From an uncultured Candidatus Saccharibacteria bacterium (lineage in GTDB: Bacteria > Patescibacteriota > Minisyncoccia > Phycocordibacterales > UBA5272), in NCBI GenBank assembly GCA_964517625.1, contig CAZFBW010000001.1:40319-104318 (forward strand): a stretch of DNA of 64,000 nucleotides. The letters run 5' to 3'. Below the pieces are notes generated by a model. The model did no database searches, was not told the DNA's origin, and saw only the letters and a program-made list of their open reading frames with translations. How positions within the stretch are numbered: position 1 is the stretch's first letter; every line of letters starts with the position of its first letter. This document shows, one piece after another, positions 30,130 through 41,766 of the stretch. A program made the position numbers and the translations under genes.

Positions 30130-30194
30130 ATGATTATAAAAAATATGCACCAAAATGGTGCATATTTTTTATGTGCTACACTTAGCCGATTGTT

Positions 30195-30917
30195 ATGCTT
30201 GCTCTTGATATTAAAAATCTTCATAAGAAATACAGGGATGGACCAGTTGCTGTCCATAATGTAACCCTTCAAATTAATAAGGGTGATTTTTTTGCTCTCC
30301 TTGGTCCAAACGGCGCTGGTAAATCTTCACTTATTGGTATGGTGTGCGGTCTTGTGCAAAAAACCTCAGGAACAGTTATTGTGCAAGGGCACAATATCGA
30401 TACTGATGGTGATAATGCGAAACTCACCGTTGGACTGGTTCCGCAAGAATTTAATTTTAGTATTTTTGAAGCAGTTGAAGATATTTTGTTTACACAAGCA
30501 GGGTACTATGGACTTTCACGAAAAGAAGTTGGCGCACATATTGAAATGCTTTTGAAGAAGCTTGGTCTTTATGAAAAAAGAAAAGTAAAAGCCATGACGC
30601 TTTCTGGTGGGATGAAAAGACGCCTCATGATTGCTCGCGCCTTAGTTCACAAACCAACACTTCTTTTTTTGGACGAACCTACTGCGGGGGTGGATGTTGA
30701 ACTTCGTCTTGAGATGTACGAATTTTTACGCGACCTTAATGCAAGTGGTGTGACAATTATTCTCACAACTCATTACTTAGAAGAAGCGGAGAAATTGTGT
30801 AAACGTGTTGCTATTATTCACAAAGGAAATATTGCAAACATCGGAACGCTTGCAGAAATAACCGGAGGGAGGGGACTGGAAGAGGTTTATTTGGAATTAA
30901 CAAATACAAAACAATAA
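30195..30917 (+). CDS. ABC transporter ATP-binding protein (YadG-like)
   Basis: GPNGAGKS, LSGGMKRR, LDEPTAGVD. Confidence 0.93.
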   Translation: MLALDIKNLHKKYRDGPVAVHNVTLQINKGDFFALLGPNGAGKSSLIGMVCGLVQKTSGTVIVQGHNIDTDGDNAKLTVGLVPQEFNFSIFEAVEDILFTQAGYYGLSRKEVGAHIEMLLKKLGLYEKRKVKAMTLSGGMKRRLMIARALVHKPTLLFLDEPTAGVDVELRLEMYEFLRDLNASGVTIILTTHYLEEAEKLCKRVAIIHKGNIANIGTLAEITGGRGLEEVYLELTNTKQ

Positions 30918-30918
30918 T

Positions 30919-31692
30919 ATGAACGGACGACAACTCTTCACCGCATATATGACCATTGTAAGAAAAGAGGTGGTTCGTTTTTTGCGCATTTGGCCACAAA
31001 CATTTCTTCCTTCAGTAATTACAACCGTTCTCTACTTTTTAATTTTTGGAACATTTATCGGTTCTCAAATTGGAGCAATTGGCGGTGTATCGTATATGGC
31101 CTTCATTGTGCCTGGTCTTGTGATGATGGCGATTTTAAACGGAGCGTTTCAAAATATTGCATTCTCATTCTTTCAACTTAAGTTTATGAAAACAATAGAA
31201 GAAATTCTTGTTTCTCCGATGCCTGCATGGACGGTGGTGCTCGGGTATGTAACAGGGGCGCTTCTACGTGGTTTGGTTATAGGGTTACTTGTATTTCTCT
31301 CAGCATTTATCTTTGAAGTAATTCCTGTTGTACATCCATTTCTTGCAATTTTGATTGCTTCCACTACTGCAATTCTGTTTGCGTTAGCTGGGCTCATTAA
31401 CGCAATTTATGCAAAAGGGTTTGATGGTATTAATATTGTTCCGACGTTTGTGATTATGCCACTTACCTATTTGGGGGGTGTGTTTTATTCGCTTTCACTT
31501 CTTCCGCCGGTGTGGCAAGTGATTTCTCATTTTAATCCTGTGCTCTACATGATTAGTGCCTTTAGATACAGTATTTTAGGATTTTCTGATGTTCCATTTG
31601 CAACAGCAATAACTGTATTGTTTGGTTGCGCTGCTTTTCTTTTTGGTTGGGTACTGTATCTTTTTAAAACAGGAAGAGGTTTGAAAAATTAA
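30919..31692 (+). CDS. ABC-2 permease (YadH-like)
   Basis: KEVVRFLRIW.QT, YMAFIVPGL, NPVLYMI. Confidence 0.9.
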   Translation: MNGRQLFTAYMTIVRKEVVRFLRIWPQTFLPSVITTVLYFLIFGTFIGSQIGAIGGVSYMAFIVPGLVMMAILNGAFQNIAFSFFQLKFMKTIEEILVSPMPAWTVVLGYVTGALLRGLVIGLLVFLSAFIFEVIPVVHPFLAILIASTTAILFALAGLINAIYAKGFDGINIVPTFVIMPLTYLGGVFYSLSLLPPVWQVISHFNPVLYMISAFRYSILGFSDVPFATAITVLFGCAAFLFGWVLYLFKTGRGLKN

Positions 31693-31730
31693 GAAATTGT
31701 AAGGTGGCATATTTTGGTATACTCCACCTC

Positions 31731-32324
31731 ATGAACAAGAAAGAGGAGATTAAGAAAATCCGGCATGAAATCATTAATCTGAAAGAGTCTCCTTTATATA
31801 TCTATCGCACAGAAAACAAGTATTTTTCTGTTATCGGTGAGGGGTCGTATGATGCCCACATTATTTTTGTAGGTGAAGCACCAGGAAAGAAAGAAGCAGA
31901 GACTGGGAAACCATTTTGCGGACGTTCGGGTAAATTTTTAGATGAAATGCTTGCTTCTATTTCACTTACCCGAGAAAACGTGTATATAACGAATCTCGTA
32001 CATGATCGCCCGCAAGAGAATCGTGATCCGACGAAGGAAGAAATCGCACTCTATGCACCGTTTTTGGATAGACAGATTGAAATCATTAAACCGCGTGTAA
32101 TTGTCATGCTCGGTCGTCATAGTATGAATTATCTTTTTAAGCGTGCAGGTATTGAAGAAAAATTATTACCGATTAGCAAGATGCATGGACAATTGTTTGA
32201 AGGGGATTTTGGATACGGAAAGGTAAAACTTCTGCCACTGTATCATCCAGCGGTAGCTCTCTATAACGGAGGAATGAAAAAAACACTGCTTGATGACTTT
32301 CAGAAATTAAAAATTTTTAGCTAA
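31731..32324 (+). CDS. Uracil-DNA glycosylase family 4
   Basis: GEAPG, PFCGRSG, YITN, YHPA. Confidence 0.92.
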   Translation: MNKKEEIKKIRHEIINLKESPLYIYRTENKYFSVIGEGSYDAHIIFVGEAPGKKEAETGKPFCGRSGKFLDEMLASISLTRENVYITNLVHDRPQENRDPTKEEIALYAPFLDRQIEIIKPRVIVMLGRHSMNYLFKRAGIEEKLLPISKMHGQLFEGDFGYGKVKLLPLYHPAVALYNGGMKKTLLDDFQKLKIFS

Positions 32325-32501
32325 AAAACCAAGTAAAATCAATGTAAAATACATTGACAAATAAACATTTTTATGATATAATACGCTTGTTTCCAAGTAA
32401 TTGATTAGGGAACACGCAGTTCGTTGTAAGTAAGAGTTGGTTTGATAATCCTGAAATTTCTCAGGACTCTGCCAATCCTTGCACCCAAAAAGGAGAAGTT
32501 T

Positions 32502-33380
32502 ATGAACAAGGACATGCCGAAGCTTAACCACTTCACGGAGCGTCGATCCTTCCTGCTTGCGCAGGTCAACGCAACGGAGACGAGCGGTGATGTCACCATC
32601 GACATCCCGCAAGATGCACTCGTTGCCACCAACAAGGAGGGTCGTAAGTTTTTCGAAGCTGACCCGATGAACAAAGGAATCTATCGCTGGCCAGCTGGTG
32701 GCGTGGGGCTCATCCTGGAACTGAACGACGCCAACATCCTTCTTGCAATTTATCGCGACAAGGATGCGCCGAGTTACGGTGGACACGATACGCTGTCCTC
32801 GGGTCTTGGTTCGAGTGTCCGCGAACTTCTCTACCCCCTGGAAACAGCGTGGAGAGAAGGAGCGGAAGAGCTCTGCATCACGACCCCGGACTCCGTCATC
32901 TGTCCAATTCCCGAAAACGACCACTTCGGTTTTGGAATTGAACTGTCGGAGGTGGTGCGCGGAACGGCAAACCTTTTCCCGGAACTCATCGAGAAGAAGG
33001 TCGTCGATGTTGCCACCACATTCCTTCCGCTTCGCGGGGAACGTGAAATCATCATCAACTACGCCGGCAAGCAACGTCGGTCCCGTGGTCTTGTGGTGTT
33101 TGATGCTGGATGCAATGGCATCGATATCATCAAGGCTGTCGTGGTCCCGGTCAACTGCTCGCTTTCCGAGCTCAAGGTGTACGATGGTGAGCTCGGTTCT
33201 GGAAGCAAGCCTGAGCCACTCAACAGGCGTGTGAATGCATACGCGCTTGACGGCAACTTCCGACCCTTGGGAGGCGGCATCATCGCTTCATGGATTCGCG
33301 GAGAACGGGTTGAAACGGAAACGAAACAAAACCCGATGACCCCGGTCCTCAAGGTTTTCTACGAAGCCCTTAATTGCTAA
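32502..33380 (+). CDS. Divergent Nudix-like protein
   Basis: ETAWREGAEEL resembles a Nudix box; consensus-like promoter, SD and terminator; GC-richer than host genes. Confidence 0.55.
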   Translation: MNKDMPKLNHFTERRSFLLAQVNATETSGDVTIDIPQDALVATNKEGRKFFEADPMNKGIYRWPAGGVGLILELNDANILLAIYRDKDAPSYGGHDTLSSGLGSSVRELLYPLETAWREGAEELCITTPDSVICPIPENDHFGFGIELSEVVRGTANLFPELIEKKVVDVATTFLPLRGEREIIINYAGKQRRSRGLVVFDAGCNGIDIIKAVVVPVNCSLSELKVYDGELGSGSKPEPLNRRVNAYALDGNFRPLGGGIIASWIRGERVETETKQNPMTPVLKVFYEALNC

Positions 33381-33419
33381 GGGCTTTCATGCACCCAACC
33401 AATTTCGGTTGGGTGTTTT

Positions 33420-33998
33420 TTATTTAGAAGCGCTTTTTTTCACTTTCTTCAAAAATTTTTCAAACATCTTGTCTGCTTTTTCTCCGCGGTATTTATCCAT
33501 CCATCCGCATACTTTAATATCGGTAACGTCAGCACCCGAGAATCCAAATACAGATATTTTCCAAAACGAGGCAAGGGGCATGAAGAACCATTCATTAATC
33601 CATCCTGGTCCGCCTGAAGTTGCAAAAACTTTTGCAGTTTTTCCTTCAAGATATTTTTGCAACTTTCCTTCAGGTGTGTATTTGTAGGTAATGCCTGGCC
33701 AGAAGGTTTGCTCAACCCAATTTTTCATAATAGAAGGAGGGGTTCCCCACCACACAGGATGAACGACAATAATTTCATCTGCCCATGTGATTTGTTCGTG
33801 GAATTTTTTCTGTACTTTATCAATCGGCCTATCTTTAATGAATTCAAAACGCATAAACGATGATTCATATTCTTTGTCGTAGAGATTAACAATTTGGACG
33901 TCGTGTTTTTTAGCGCGTTTTGTTTCCGCGTAGACTTCAGCAATGCGATGCGTGCGCCCCTTCGATGAAGGATGCGCTGTAACAATAAGAATGTTCAT
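33420..33998 (-). CDS. NAD(P)H dehydrogenase (quinone), flavodoxin-2 family
   Basis: AHPS, HPVWWGTPPSIMKNW, TSGGP. Confidence 0.9.
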   Translation of the reverse strand: MNILIVTAHPSSKGRTHRIAEVYAETKRAKKHDVQIVNLYDKEYESSFMRFEFIKDRPIDKVQKKFHEQITWADEIIVVHPVWWGTPPSIMKNWVEQTFWPGITYKYTPEGKLQKYLEGKTAKVFATSGGPGWINEWFFMPLASFWKISVFGFSGADVTDIKVCGWMDKYRGEKADKMFEKFLKKVKKSASK

Positions 33999-34250
33999 AG
34001 GAACAGTATATAGGTGTTAGGGACTAGGGACTAGTGGAAAAACGGTTGTTTTTCAATTAGCAGAAGGCTCGTACACCCCCACTTTACTAAAAAGTAGTCT
34101 TATGGTATAATCTCTCCCACATTGACCTCCGATTGAGTTTCGAAAGACAGGACAATAGTTTGGCCACTATTATCAAGGTTTGTAGGTATAACATATAATT
34201 TTTTCCAAAGAGATACGAGAGATCTCTCTGGGGAAGTCTTTCATTTTGAT

Positions 34251-37200
34251 ATGTCAAAAAACGCACGCAGTTTGCCCGTGAAAACGTTTGCAAAGTATCG
34301 GGAGCCGCTTACTAAATTACCAAATCTCGTCGAAAATCAAATTATTTCTTACAAGAACCTCGTTGGAGAGGGTATTGGAGAAATCTTCAAAGAATTTTCA
34401 CCAATCCGTGACTATTCAGAAAAGAAATTTGACCTCGAATTTCTATCATTCGAACTTTCTGCTCCAAAGTTTGATGAAGTGTATGCAAAGGAAAACAAGC
34501 TTACCTATGAAGCACCAATCCGCGCTCGTGTTAAGCTTTCCAACAAAATTTTAGGAACAGTTAAGGAACAGGAAATCTTTATGGCTGATTTTCCAGTCAT
34601 GACGGTTCACGGTACGTTCATCATCAACGGTGTTGAACGTGTGGTTGTTCCACAGCTTGCTCGTTCCTTCGGCGTTTTCTTTGATTCAGAAGAAAACAAA
34701 GGCAAGCGCTACTTCGGCGCGAAAATCATTCCTGCACGTGGTGTTTGGATTGAGCTTGGCAGTGAATCTGACGGTGGTATCTATGTGCGTATCGACAAAA
34801 AGCGTAAATTCTCAGCAATTGCGCTTCTTCGTGTTCTTGGACTCTCATCAGACGACCAAATCAAAAATGCATTCAAAGGCCATGCGACTGCAGAAGCTCT
34901 CATGACGACACTCGTTGATCGTGATGACATCAAGTCGCTTCACGATGCATATGTAGAAATTTATAAGCGTCTTCGTGACGGTGATTTAGCTACGCCTGAA
35001 AACGCAAAGGAATACATTGACTCGATTATTTCACCAGAACGTTACGACCTTTCTCCTGTTGGACGTTTTCGTTTTAACAAACGTTTCGGAAAGACACTCG
35101 AAGGAAAAGAAGCTCAGCGCCGAACACTCTCGAAAGAAGATTTGGTGGACATCATTACGCACATCATTGAATTAAACAACAACCCTAATGCACAGGAAGA
35201 CGATATTGACCACTTAGGTTCTCGTCGTGTGCGTTATGTGGGTGAAATGATGGGTGCTAAAATTCGTACCGGTATGATGCAGATGAAGCGCAACATTCAG
35301 GACAAAATGTCGGTTATCGATACTGATACGACACTCCCAATCTCAATCATTAACCAGCGTCCGCTTCAGGCTCGTATTAAAGAATTCTTTACGACCAACC
35401 AGCTTTCACAGTTTATGAACCAGGAAAACTTGCTTGCGGAAGTTGAACACTTGCGTACGCTTTCAGCTCTTGGTCCCGGAGGCCTTACTCGTGAACGCGC
35501 CGGTTTTGAAGTTCGTGACGTGCACACTTCACACTACGGTCGCGTGTGTCCAATCCACACTCCAGAAGGTCCAAACATTGGTCTTATTTTGCGTCTCTCG
35601 GTATATGCTCGTATCAACAGCTTCGGTATTATTGAAACACCGTACGTAAAAGTTGAGAAAGGAAAAATCACTAAAGAAATCGTGTACATGAACGCACTTG
35701 AAGAAGAGCGTTACATTATTGCGCACTCTGGAAACGATTATGACGAAGCAGGAAAGTTTACAAGCAAGCTCGTTGAAGCGCGCCGTGCAGGACAGCCAGC
35801 TCTTGTTACTCGCGAGGAAGTACAGTTTATTGATGTTGCTTCTAATCAAGCATTCTCTGTTGCAACGTCAATGATTCCATTCCTTGAACACGACGACGCA
35901 TCACGCGCGCTCATGGGTTCAAACATGCAGAAGCAAGCCGTTCCACTTATGCAACCAGAAGCACCTGTTGTAGCAACAGGTATGGAAGCAGAAGCGGCTC
36001 GTCACATTGGACGTCTCGTTATTGCAGAAGAAGCAGGTCTTGTGAAGTATGTAGATGCAAAGAAGATTATTATTAAAGGAGAAAAGAAGGAATATGAATA
36101 TCCTCTCCTTAATTTCATTAAGCCAAACGAATTTTCTGTTTTCCACCAGCGCCCAACCGTTTCAATCGGGGACAAGGTAAAGAAAGGACAGGTACTCGCT
36201 GATGCTGCAACCACAGCAAACGGACAAGTAGCACTTGGTCACAACATTCGCGTAGCGTTCATGGCATGGAATGGTGCGAACTATGAAGACGCCATCATTG
36301 TTTCAGAACGTCTTGTTCGTGAAAGTAAATTCTCATCGATTCACATCGAAGAGTTTGTTTGTAATGTGCGCGACACAAAGCTTGGGCCTGAAGTAACAAC
36401 ACACGACATTCCAAACGTTGGTGAATCAAAGCTTAAGAATCTCGACGAAGACGGTATCATTCGCATCGGTGCGGAAGTTCGTCCAGGTGACATTCTTGTA
36501 GGTAAAATTACACCAAAAGGTGAAACTGAACTTACTCCAGAAGAAAGACTTCTCCGTTCAATCTTCGGTGAAAAGGTTCGTGATGTGAAGGACTCTTCAC
36601 TTCGCCTTGATCACGGAAAGCGTGGTCGTATCATCGGTGTGAAAGTGTTCTCACGTGAACGTGGAGACAAACTCGAATCAGGTATCATCAAGCGCGTACA
36701 TATTGAAGTTGCACAAATCAGAAACATTTCTGTTGGTGACAAGCTTGCTGGTCGTCACGGTAACAAGGGTGTTATTTCAACCATCCTTCCAGTAGAAGAA
36801 ATGCCATACGATGAAAACGGTGAACCAATCGACATCATTCTGACACCACTTGGTGTTCCATCACGTATGAACCTAGGACAAATTCTTGAAATGCACCTAG
36901 GACTTGCGGCACACACGCTTGGCTATCAAGCAGTGGTCCCATCATTCCAGGGAGCATCTGAAACAGAAATTAAAGAAGAACTCGTTAAAGCGGGATTCGA
37001 CGCATCCGGAACCATGCAACTCTTTGATGGTCGTACTGGCGAAGCGTTTAATCAGAAGTCAGCCGTTGGTGTTATGTACATTATGAAACTTCACCACATG
37101 GTTGAAGATAAGATTCACATGCGTTCTATCGGTCCGTACTCACTCATTACGCAACAGCCACTTGGTGGAAAGGCGCAAGGCGGAGGTCAGCGTTTTGGAG

Positions 37201-37454
37201 AAATGGAAGTATGGGCACTCGAAGGATACGGTGCGTCGCATATTTTGCGAGAAATGCTTACGGTAAAGTCCGACGATATCGTTGGTCGTTCCGCTGCGTT
37301 TGATTCAATTATCAAGGGTGAGGACGTGAGTGAACCAAATACACCGGCATCATTTACGGTGATGTTAAACACACTCCGTGGACTCTCGCTTGACGTTATT
37401 CCACGAAAGGTCGAAGGAACAAACGAAGAGATTCTAGGAGAATCATCCATCTAA
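34251..37454 (+). CDS. rpoB: RNA polymerase beta subunit
   Basis: GDKLAGRHGNKG, GGQRFGEMEVWALE. Confidence 0.98.
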   Translation: MSKNARSLPVKTFAKYREPLTKLPNLVENQIISYKNLVGEGIGEIFKEFSPIRDYSEKKFDLEFLSFELSAPKFDEVYAKENKLTYEAPIRARVKLSNKILGTVKEQEIFMADFPVMTVHGTFIINGVERVVVPQLARSFGVFFDSEENKGKRYFGAKIIPARGVWIELGSESDGGIYVRIDKKRKFSAIALLRVLGLSSDDQIKNAFKGHATAEALMTTLVDRDDIKSLHDAYVEIYKRLRDGDLATPENAKEYIDSIISPERYDLSPVGRFRFNKRFGKTLEGKEAQRRTLSKEDLVDIITHIIELNNNPNAQEDDIDHLGSRRVRYVGEMMGAKIRTGMMQMKRNIQDKMSVIDTDTTLPISIINQRPLQARIKEFFTTNQLSQFMNQENLLAEVEHLRTLSALGPGGLTRERAGFEVRDVHTSHYGRVCPIHTPEGPNIGLILRLSVYARINSFGIIETPYVKVEKGKITKEIVYMNALEEERYIIAHSGNDYDEAGKFTSKLVEARRAGQPALVTREEVQFIDVASNQAFSVATSMIPFLEHDDASRALMGSNMQKQAVPLMQPEAPVVATGMEAEAARHIGRLVIAEEAGLVKYVDAKKIIIKGEKKEYEYPLLNFIKPNEFSVFHQRPTVSIGDKVKKGQVLADAATTANGQVALGHNIRVAFMAWNGANYEDAIIVSERLVRESKFSSIHIEEFVCNVRDTKLGPEVTTHDIPNVGESKLKNLDEDGIIRIGAEVRPGDILVGKITPKGETELTPEERLLRSIFGEKVRDVKDSSLRLDHGKRGRIIGVKVFSRERGDKLESGIIKRVHIEVAQIRNISVGDKLAGRHGNKGVISTILPVEEMPYDENGEPIDIILTPLGVPSRMNLGQILEMHLGLAAHTLGYQAVVPSFQGASETEIKEELVKAGFDASGTMQLFDGRTGEAFNQKSAVGVMYIMKLHHMVEDKIHMRSIGPYSLITQQPLGGKAQGGGQRFGEMEVWALEGYGASHILREMLTVKSDDIVGRSAAFDSIIKGEDVSEPNTPASFTVMLNTLRGLSLDVIPRKVEGTNEEILGESSI

Positions 37455-37484
37455 TCCATTAGCGCAACACCTAAAACAACTACT

Positions 37485-40400
37485 ATGAAAACAATTGATA
37501 CAAATAACTTTGACGGACTCACGATTAAAGTCGCATCACCTGAAGCGATTCGTGCGTGGTCATTTGGTGAAGTAACAAAACCAGAAACGATTAACTATCG
37601 TACTGGACGCAGTGAACGCTATGGTTTGTTTGATGAACGAATCTTCGGTCCAGAAAAAGATTACGAATGTTACTGTGGAAAGTACAAGCGTATTCGTTAC
37701 AAGGGGATTGTGTGTGAAAAATGTGGCGTAGAAGTCACTAAGTCTATCGTTCGTCGTGAACGCATGGGTCACATTGAGCTTGCATCTCCTGTTGCGCACA
37801 TCTGGTTCCTTCGTACTGTTCCTTCTCGTATTTCTACCATTCTCGCTCAACCGGTTTCTGATGTTGAAAAAGTTGTGTACTTTGCCGGATACGTTGTTAA
37901 ATCAGTAAACGAAGACACAAAGAAAGAAATTCTTGCAAACATTGACAGTGAATTTAAGGCAAAGGTAAAGTCAGCAAACGATGAAAAGACACAAGACAAA
38001 CTCAAGGAACTTCTCACTGCTGCGAAAAAAGAAATTGAAGAAATTAAGCCATGGAAAATTTTCGATGAGCTTACCTACCACCGCTACTCAATGAAGTACG
38101 GAACATGTTTTGAAGCAGGGATTGGTGCTGATGCATTGTACGAAATCTTCAAGACTATCGATTTGCGAGAGTTGGAAGCAAAGATTGTAAAGCAACTTGA
38201 AAAAGCAGGTGCACTTGAACGTGAAAAAGCTGAGAAGCGTCTTTCACTTGTTCGTTCGTTTATTAACGCCGGTATTCGTCCAGAATGGATGTTTATGACC
38301 GTAATTCCAGTGATTCCAGCAGGCATTCGTCCAATGGTTGCACTCGAAGGTGGTCGTTATGCAGCATCTGATGTGAACGATTTGTATCGTCGCGTGATTA
38401 ACCGAAACAATCGTTTGAAGAAACTTATGGAAATTGGTGCGCCAGATGTAATCTTGCGAAACGAAAAGCGTATTTTGCAAGAAGCATGTGATGCGCTCAT
38501 TGATAACTCAGCTCGCCACGGACAAGACGCGGTAATGAGTCAGTCACAGAAGCGCCAGCTTAAGTCACTTTCTGACAACCTTAAAGGAAAGCAAGGCCTT
38601 CTTCGTGGAAACCTTCTCGGTAAGCGTGTGGACTACTCAGCTCGTTCGGTAATTGTGGTTGGTCCGTCACTTGCTCTTAATGAGTGTGGTCTTCCAAAGC
38701 ACATGGCACTTGAATTGTTCAAGCCATTTGTTATTTCAAAACTTCTTGAACGTGAACACGCGTTTAACATTCGCGGTGCGAACAAGTTGATTGAAGATGG
38801 AATCCCAGAAGTATGGGCAATTCTTGAAGAGTGTATTGAAGGAAAGTATGTGCTCTTAAACCGTGCACCAACACTTCACCGCCTTGGTATTCAAGCGTTT
38901 AATCCTAAACTTATCGAAGGTAATGCTATTTCACTTCACCCACTCGTTTGTCAGGCCTTCAACGCGGACTTCGACGGTGACCAAATGGCTGTTCACTTAC
39001 CACTCTCCGTTGCTGCACAAGAAGAAGCGCGCACGCTCATGGCTGCAAACAGAAACTTGCTTAAGCCGGGTTCTGGAGATTCAATTGTAAACCCACGCAT
39101 GGACATGGTCCTTGGTGCGTATTGGATGACAAAAGAAATTGACGGAGAAAAGGGCGAAGGAAAGTATTTTGCTTCACCAAACGAAGCGATTACTGCGTAC
39201 GATTTTGGTATCGTATCATTCCGCGCGAAGATTTTGGCTATGCCATCTGACAAGGAGAAGTATTCAAAGTTTGAAGGACGTCCATTTGAAACAACGGTCG
39301 GACGCCTTCTCTTTAACTCAGTGTTCCCAAGTGACTTCCCATACATTAATGATGAAGTTACTGGTAAGAAGATGAACACGATTGTTGATGAAGTGATTGC
39401 AAAATATGGACTTGAACGCGCTCCAACAATTATCGACAAGATTAAATCATTCGGATACAAGTATGCGACGGTGTCTGGTACAACCTGGAGTATTGATGCA
39501 ATCAAGGTGCCAAAAGAAAAGAAGGCAATGATTGCTGAAGGATGGACCAGTATCTCTGCAATCGACGCTGACTTCGAAGAAGGTCTTCTCTCTGCAGAAG
39601 AGCGATACGAAAAGAAGATTCAAACATGGAAAAATATTCGTATTCGTCTCGAGAAGCTTATGCCAGAAGCGTTCGAAAAGCACGGTTCTGTGTATGACTT
39701 GATTACATCCGGTGCCCGCGGTTCTATCGCCCAAGTGATTCAGATGGCGGGTATGAAGGGTATTATTGTGAACAACTCAGGTCGTGAAATTGACTTCCCT
39801 GCGATTTCTTCATACAAGGAAGGACTTTCTCCACTTGAATACTTCATTACCACTTATGGTGCTCGTAAGGGTAACTCAGACACCGCGCTTAAAACTGCGC
39901 AAGCTGGATACCTTACACGCCGTCTCGTGGATGTGGCACAGGATGCTATCATCACCGAACTTGATTGTGGTACTAAAGAAAGCAAGGTAGTTCGTACAGA
40001 TAATATTCTTGGTATTACTGTTCCAATTTCAAAATCAATTCGTGGACGCGTTCTTGCAGAAGATATTGTAGTTGACGGAGCGGTGGTGTTTAAGAAGAAT
40101 CATCTCATCACAAAAGATGACGCGATGACTATCGAAAAAGCGGGAGCAACAGAAGTGCGAGTATTTTCTCCACTCATGTGTGAATCGCTTCATGGTATTT
40201 GTCAGAAGTGTTACGGACTCGATATGGGTCGGAACAAGAAGGTGGACTTGGGAGAAGCGGTTGGTATTGTTGCTGCACAAGCCATCGGTGAACCAGGAAC
40301 ACAGCTAACTATGCGTACGTTCCACGCCGGAGGTGTAGCAGGTACTGACATTACTCAAGGTCTTCCTCGTGTTGAAGAAATCTTTGAACGTCGCGCACCA

Positions 40401-41081
40401 AAGAATCCTGCGATTATTGCTCACGATGCAGGAGATGTTGTTGCAATCAGGGATGAAGGTAAGGAAAAGATTCTTGTACTTGCTGTTGATGATGATGCAA
40501 AGGGTAACAAAGCAGGCAAGCGCGTTGAGTACACGATTCCATTCCGTCGCCAACCAATTGTAAAAGTCGGAGAACATGTGAAGCGTGGCCAATTCTTGAC
40601 TGATGGTTCAGCAGATATTGAAGAACTCTTTACCTATGCTGGTAAGGAAATTGCTGAAGAATATATTGTTTCAGAAATTAACAAGGTATACGAACTTCAA
40701 GGTGCTGCAATTTCACGTAAGCACGTGGAAATCATCATCAAGCAAATGTTTGGACGTATCAAGATTACTGCTCCAGGAGATTCACGCTTCACGCAGTCAG
40801 ATGTTGTTGAAGTCGCGACATTCCGTGGAGAAAATATGAAGGTTAAAGCAAACGGGGGGACAGAAGCAAAAGGTAGATACCTTATCTTAGGTATTACCGA
40901 AGTTGCTCTCTCAACGGATTCATGGCTCTCATCTGCGTCATTCCAAAATACAACTCGCGTTCTTATCACTGCTGCAACTCGCGGACAGACTGATGAACTA
41001 CGAGGGCTTAAGGAAAACGTAATCATCGGACGCTTGATTCCAGCAGGAACAGGACTCCGAGAAAAAGAAGAAGATAAATAG
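37485..41081 (+). CDS. rpoC: RNA polymerase beta' subunit
   Basis: [13 protein letters not shown]-terminal Zn finger. Confidence 0.98.
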   Translation: MKTIDTNNFDGLTIKVASPEAIRAWSFGEVTKPETINYRTGRSERYGLFDERIFGPEKDYECYCGKYKRIRYKGIVCEKCGVEVTKSIVRRERMGHIELASPVAHIWFLRTVPSRISTILAQPVSDVEKVVYFAGYVVKSVNEDTKKEILANIDSEFKAKVKSANDEKTQDKLKELLTAAKKEIEEIKPWKIFDELTYHRYSMKYGTCFEAGIGADALYEIFKTIDLRELEAKIVKQLEKAGALEREKAEKRLSLVRSFINAGIRPEWMFMTVIPVIPAGIRPMVALEGGRYAASDVNDLYRRVINRNNRLKKLMEIGAPDVILRNEKRILQEACDALIDNSARHGQDAVMSQSQKRQLKSLSDNLKGKQGLLRGNLLGKRVDYSARSVIVVGPSLALNECGLPKHMALELFKPFVISKLLEREHAFNIRGANKLIEDGIPEVWAILEECIEGKYVLLNRAPTLHRLGIQAFNPKLIEGNAISLHPLVCQAFNADFDGDQMAVHLPLSVAAQEEARTLMAANRNLLKPGSGDSIVNPRMDMVLGAYWMTKEIDGEKGEGKYFASPNEAITAYDFGIVSFRAKILAMPSDKEKYSKFEGRPFETTVGRLLFNSVFPSDFPYINDEVTGKKMNTIVDEVIAKYGLERAPTIIDKIKSFGYKYATVSGTTWSIDAIKVPKEKKAMIAEGWTSISAIDADFEEGLLSAEERYEKKIQTWKNIRIRLEKLMPEAFEKHGSVYDLITSGARGSIAQVIQMAGMKGIIVNNSGREIDFPAISSYKEGLSPLEYFITTYGARKGNSDTALKTAQAGYLTRRLVDVAQDAIITELDCGTKESKVVRTDNILGITVPISKSIRGRVLAEDIVVDGAVVFKKNHLITKDDAMTIEKAGATEVRVFSPLMCESLHGICQKCYGLDMGRNKKVDLGEAVGIVAAQAIGEPGTQLTMRTFHAGGVAGTDITQGLPRVEEIFERRAPKNPAIIAHDAGDVVAIRDEGKEKILVLAVDDDAKGNKAGKRVEYTIPFRRQPIVKVGEHVKRGQFLTDGSADIEELFTYAGKEIAEEYIVSEINKVYELQGAAISRKHVEIIIKQMFGRIKITAPGDSRFTQSDVVEVATFRGENMKVKANGGTEAKGRYLILGITEVALSTDSWLSSASFQNTTRVLITAATRGQTDELRGLKENVIIGRLIPAGTGLREKEEDK

Positions 41082-41102
41082 CAATTTACAAAGAGGGGAT
41101 AC

Positions 41103-41133
41103 AAAAGAGCGACGCCTACGGCGTCGCTCTTTT
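41103..41133 (+). terminator. Intrinsic terminator after rpoC
   Basis: aaaagagcgacgcc-tac-ggcgtcgctctttt. Confidence 0.85.
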
Positions 41134-41237
41134 GATTTTAGTCTTGCAAAACAAAGAGTTTTTATATTGACAAAATATGTAAAAATGATATAATAAAAAT
41201 TGGTAACTTCGTTCAACTCTCAAATGAAAGGAAGGTT

Positions 41238-41426
41238 ATGCATACGCTTATCCTGGTTTTTTCAAAAACCAGTGGTAGTAACACTGGTGGCGTCGCAGTT
41301 CACAGTTAGCAAGTGTCAGGCTTCAGTAGTAAGGAAGAAGCAGATGCGGCGGGTCAAGAGGCGATGCATGGGATGCAAGGAGGCACCAGCCTCAGTGTTT
41401 CCTTCGTTTCCGTAGAGGTGAAGTAA
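41238..41426 (+). pseudogene. Small paralog of the next ORF with in-frame TAG (41307-41309)
   Basis: MHTLILVFS...VHS*QVSGFSS...VEVK aligns end to end with MYTLILVFS...ASEKVEGFQS...VKVK. Confidence 0.7.
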
Positions 41427-41633
41427 ATGTATACGCTCATTTTGGTTTTCTCTCTTTCGCTCAGTGCCCAACATGGTGCGCTTGCGAGCGAGAAAGTGGA
41501 GGGGTTCCAGTCGTTCGACACGTGCGAAATCGCCGGCAGGAAGGCGGAAAGGGATCTGGTCCATTCGCCGAATCCTCGGTGGGCCAAAGAAACCCCCATC
41601 ATCGTCAAGTATTCGTGTGTGAAGGTGAAGTAA
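41427..41633 (+). CDS. Small hypothetical protein (68 aa)
   Basis: Abuts the previous stop; hydrophobic N-terminus; two Cys. Confidence 0.7.
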   Translation: MYTLILVFSLSLSAQHGALASEKVEGFQSFDTCEIAGRKAERDLVHSPNPRWAKETPIIVKYSCVKVK

Positions 41634-41766
41634 CCCTACCTAGCACACAAAAAGGCCAACTCTCGAGTTGGTCTTTTTTCTTACAAAATTTGATTTTTCA
41701 AAAGTTGATTTGCTTCGTCATTACTATGTGTGATAGGATAAATTTGTTTTGTCCTTTGGGGGATTT

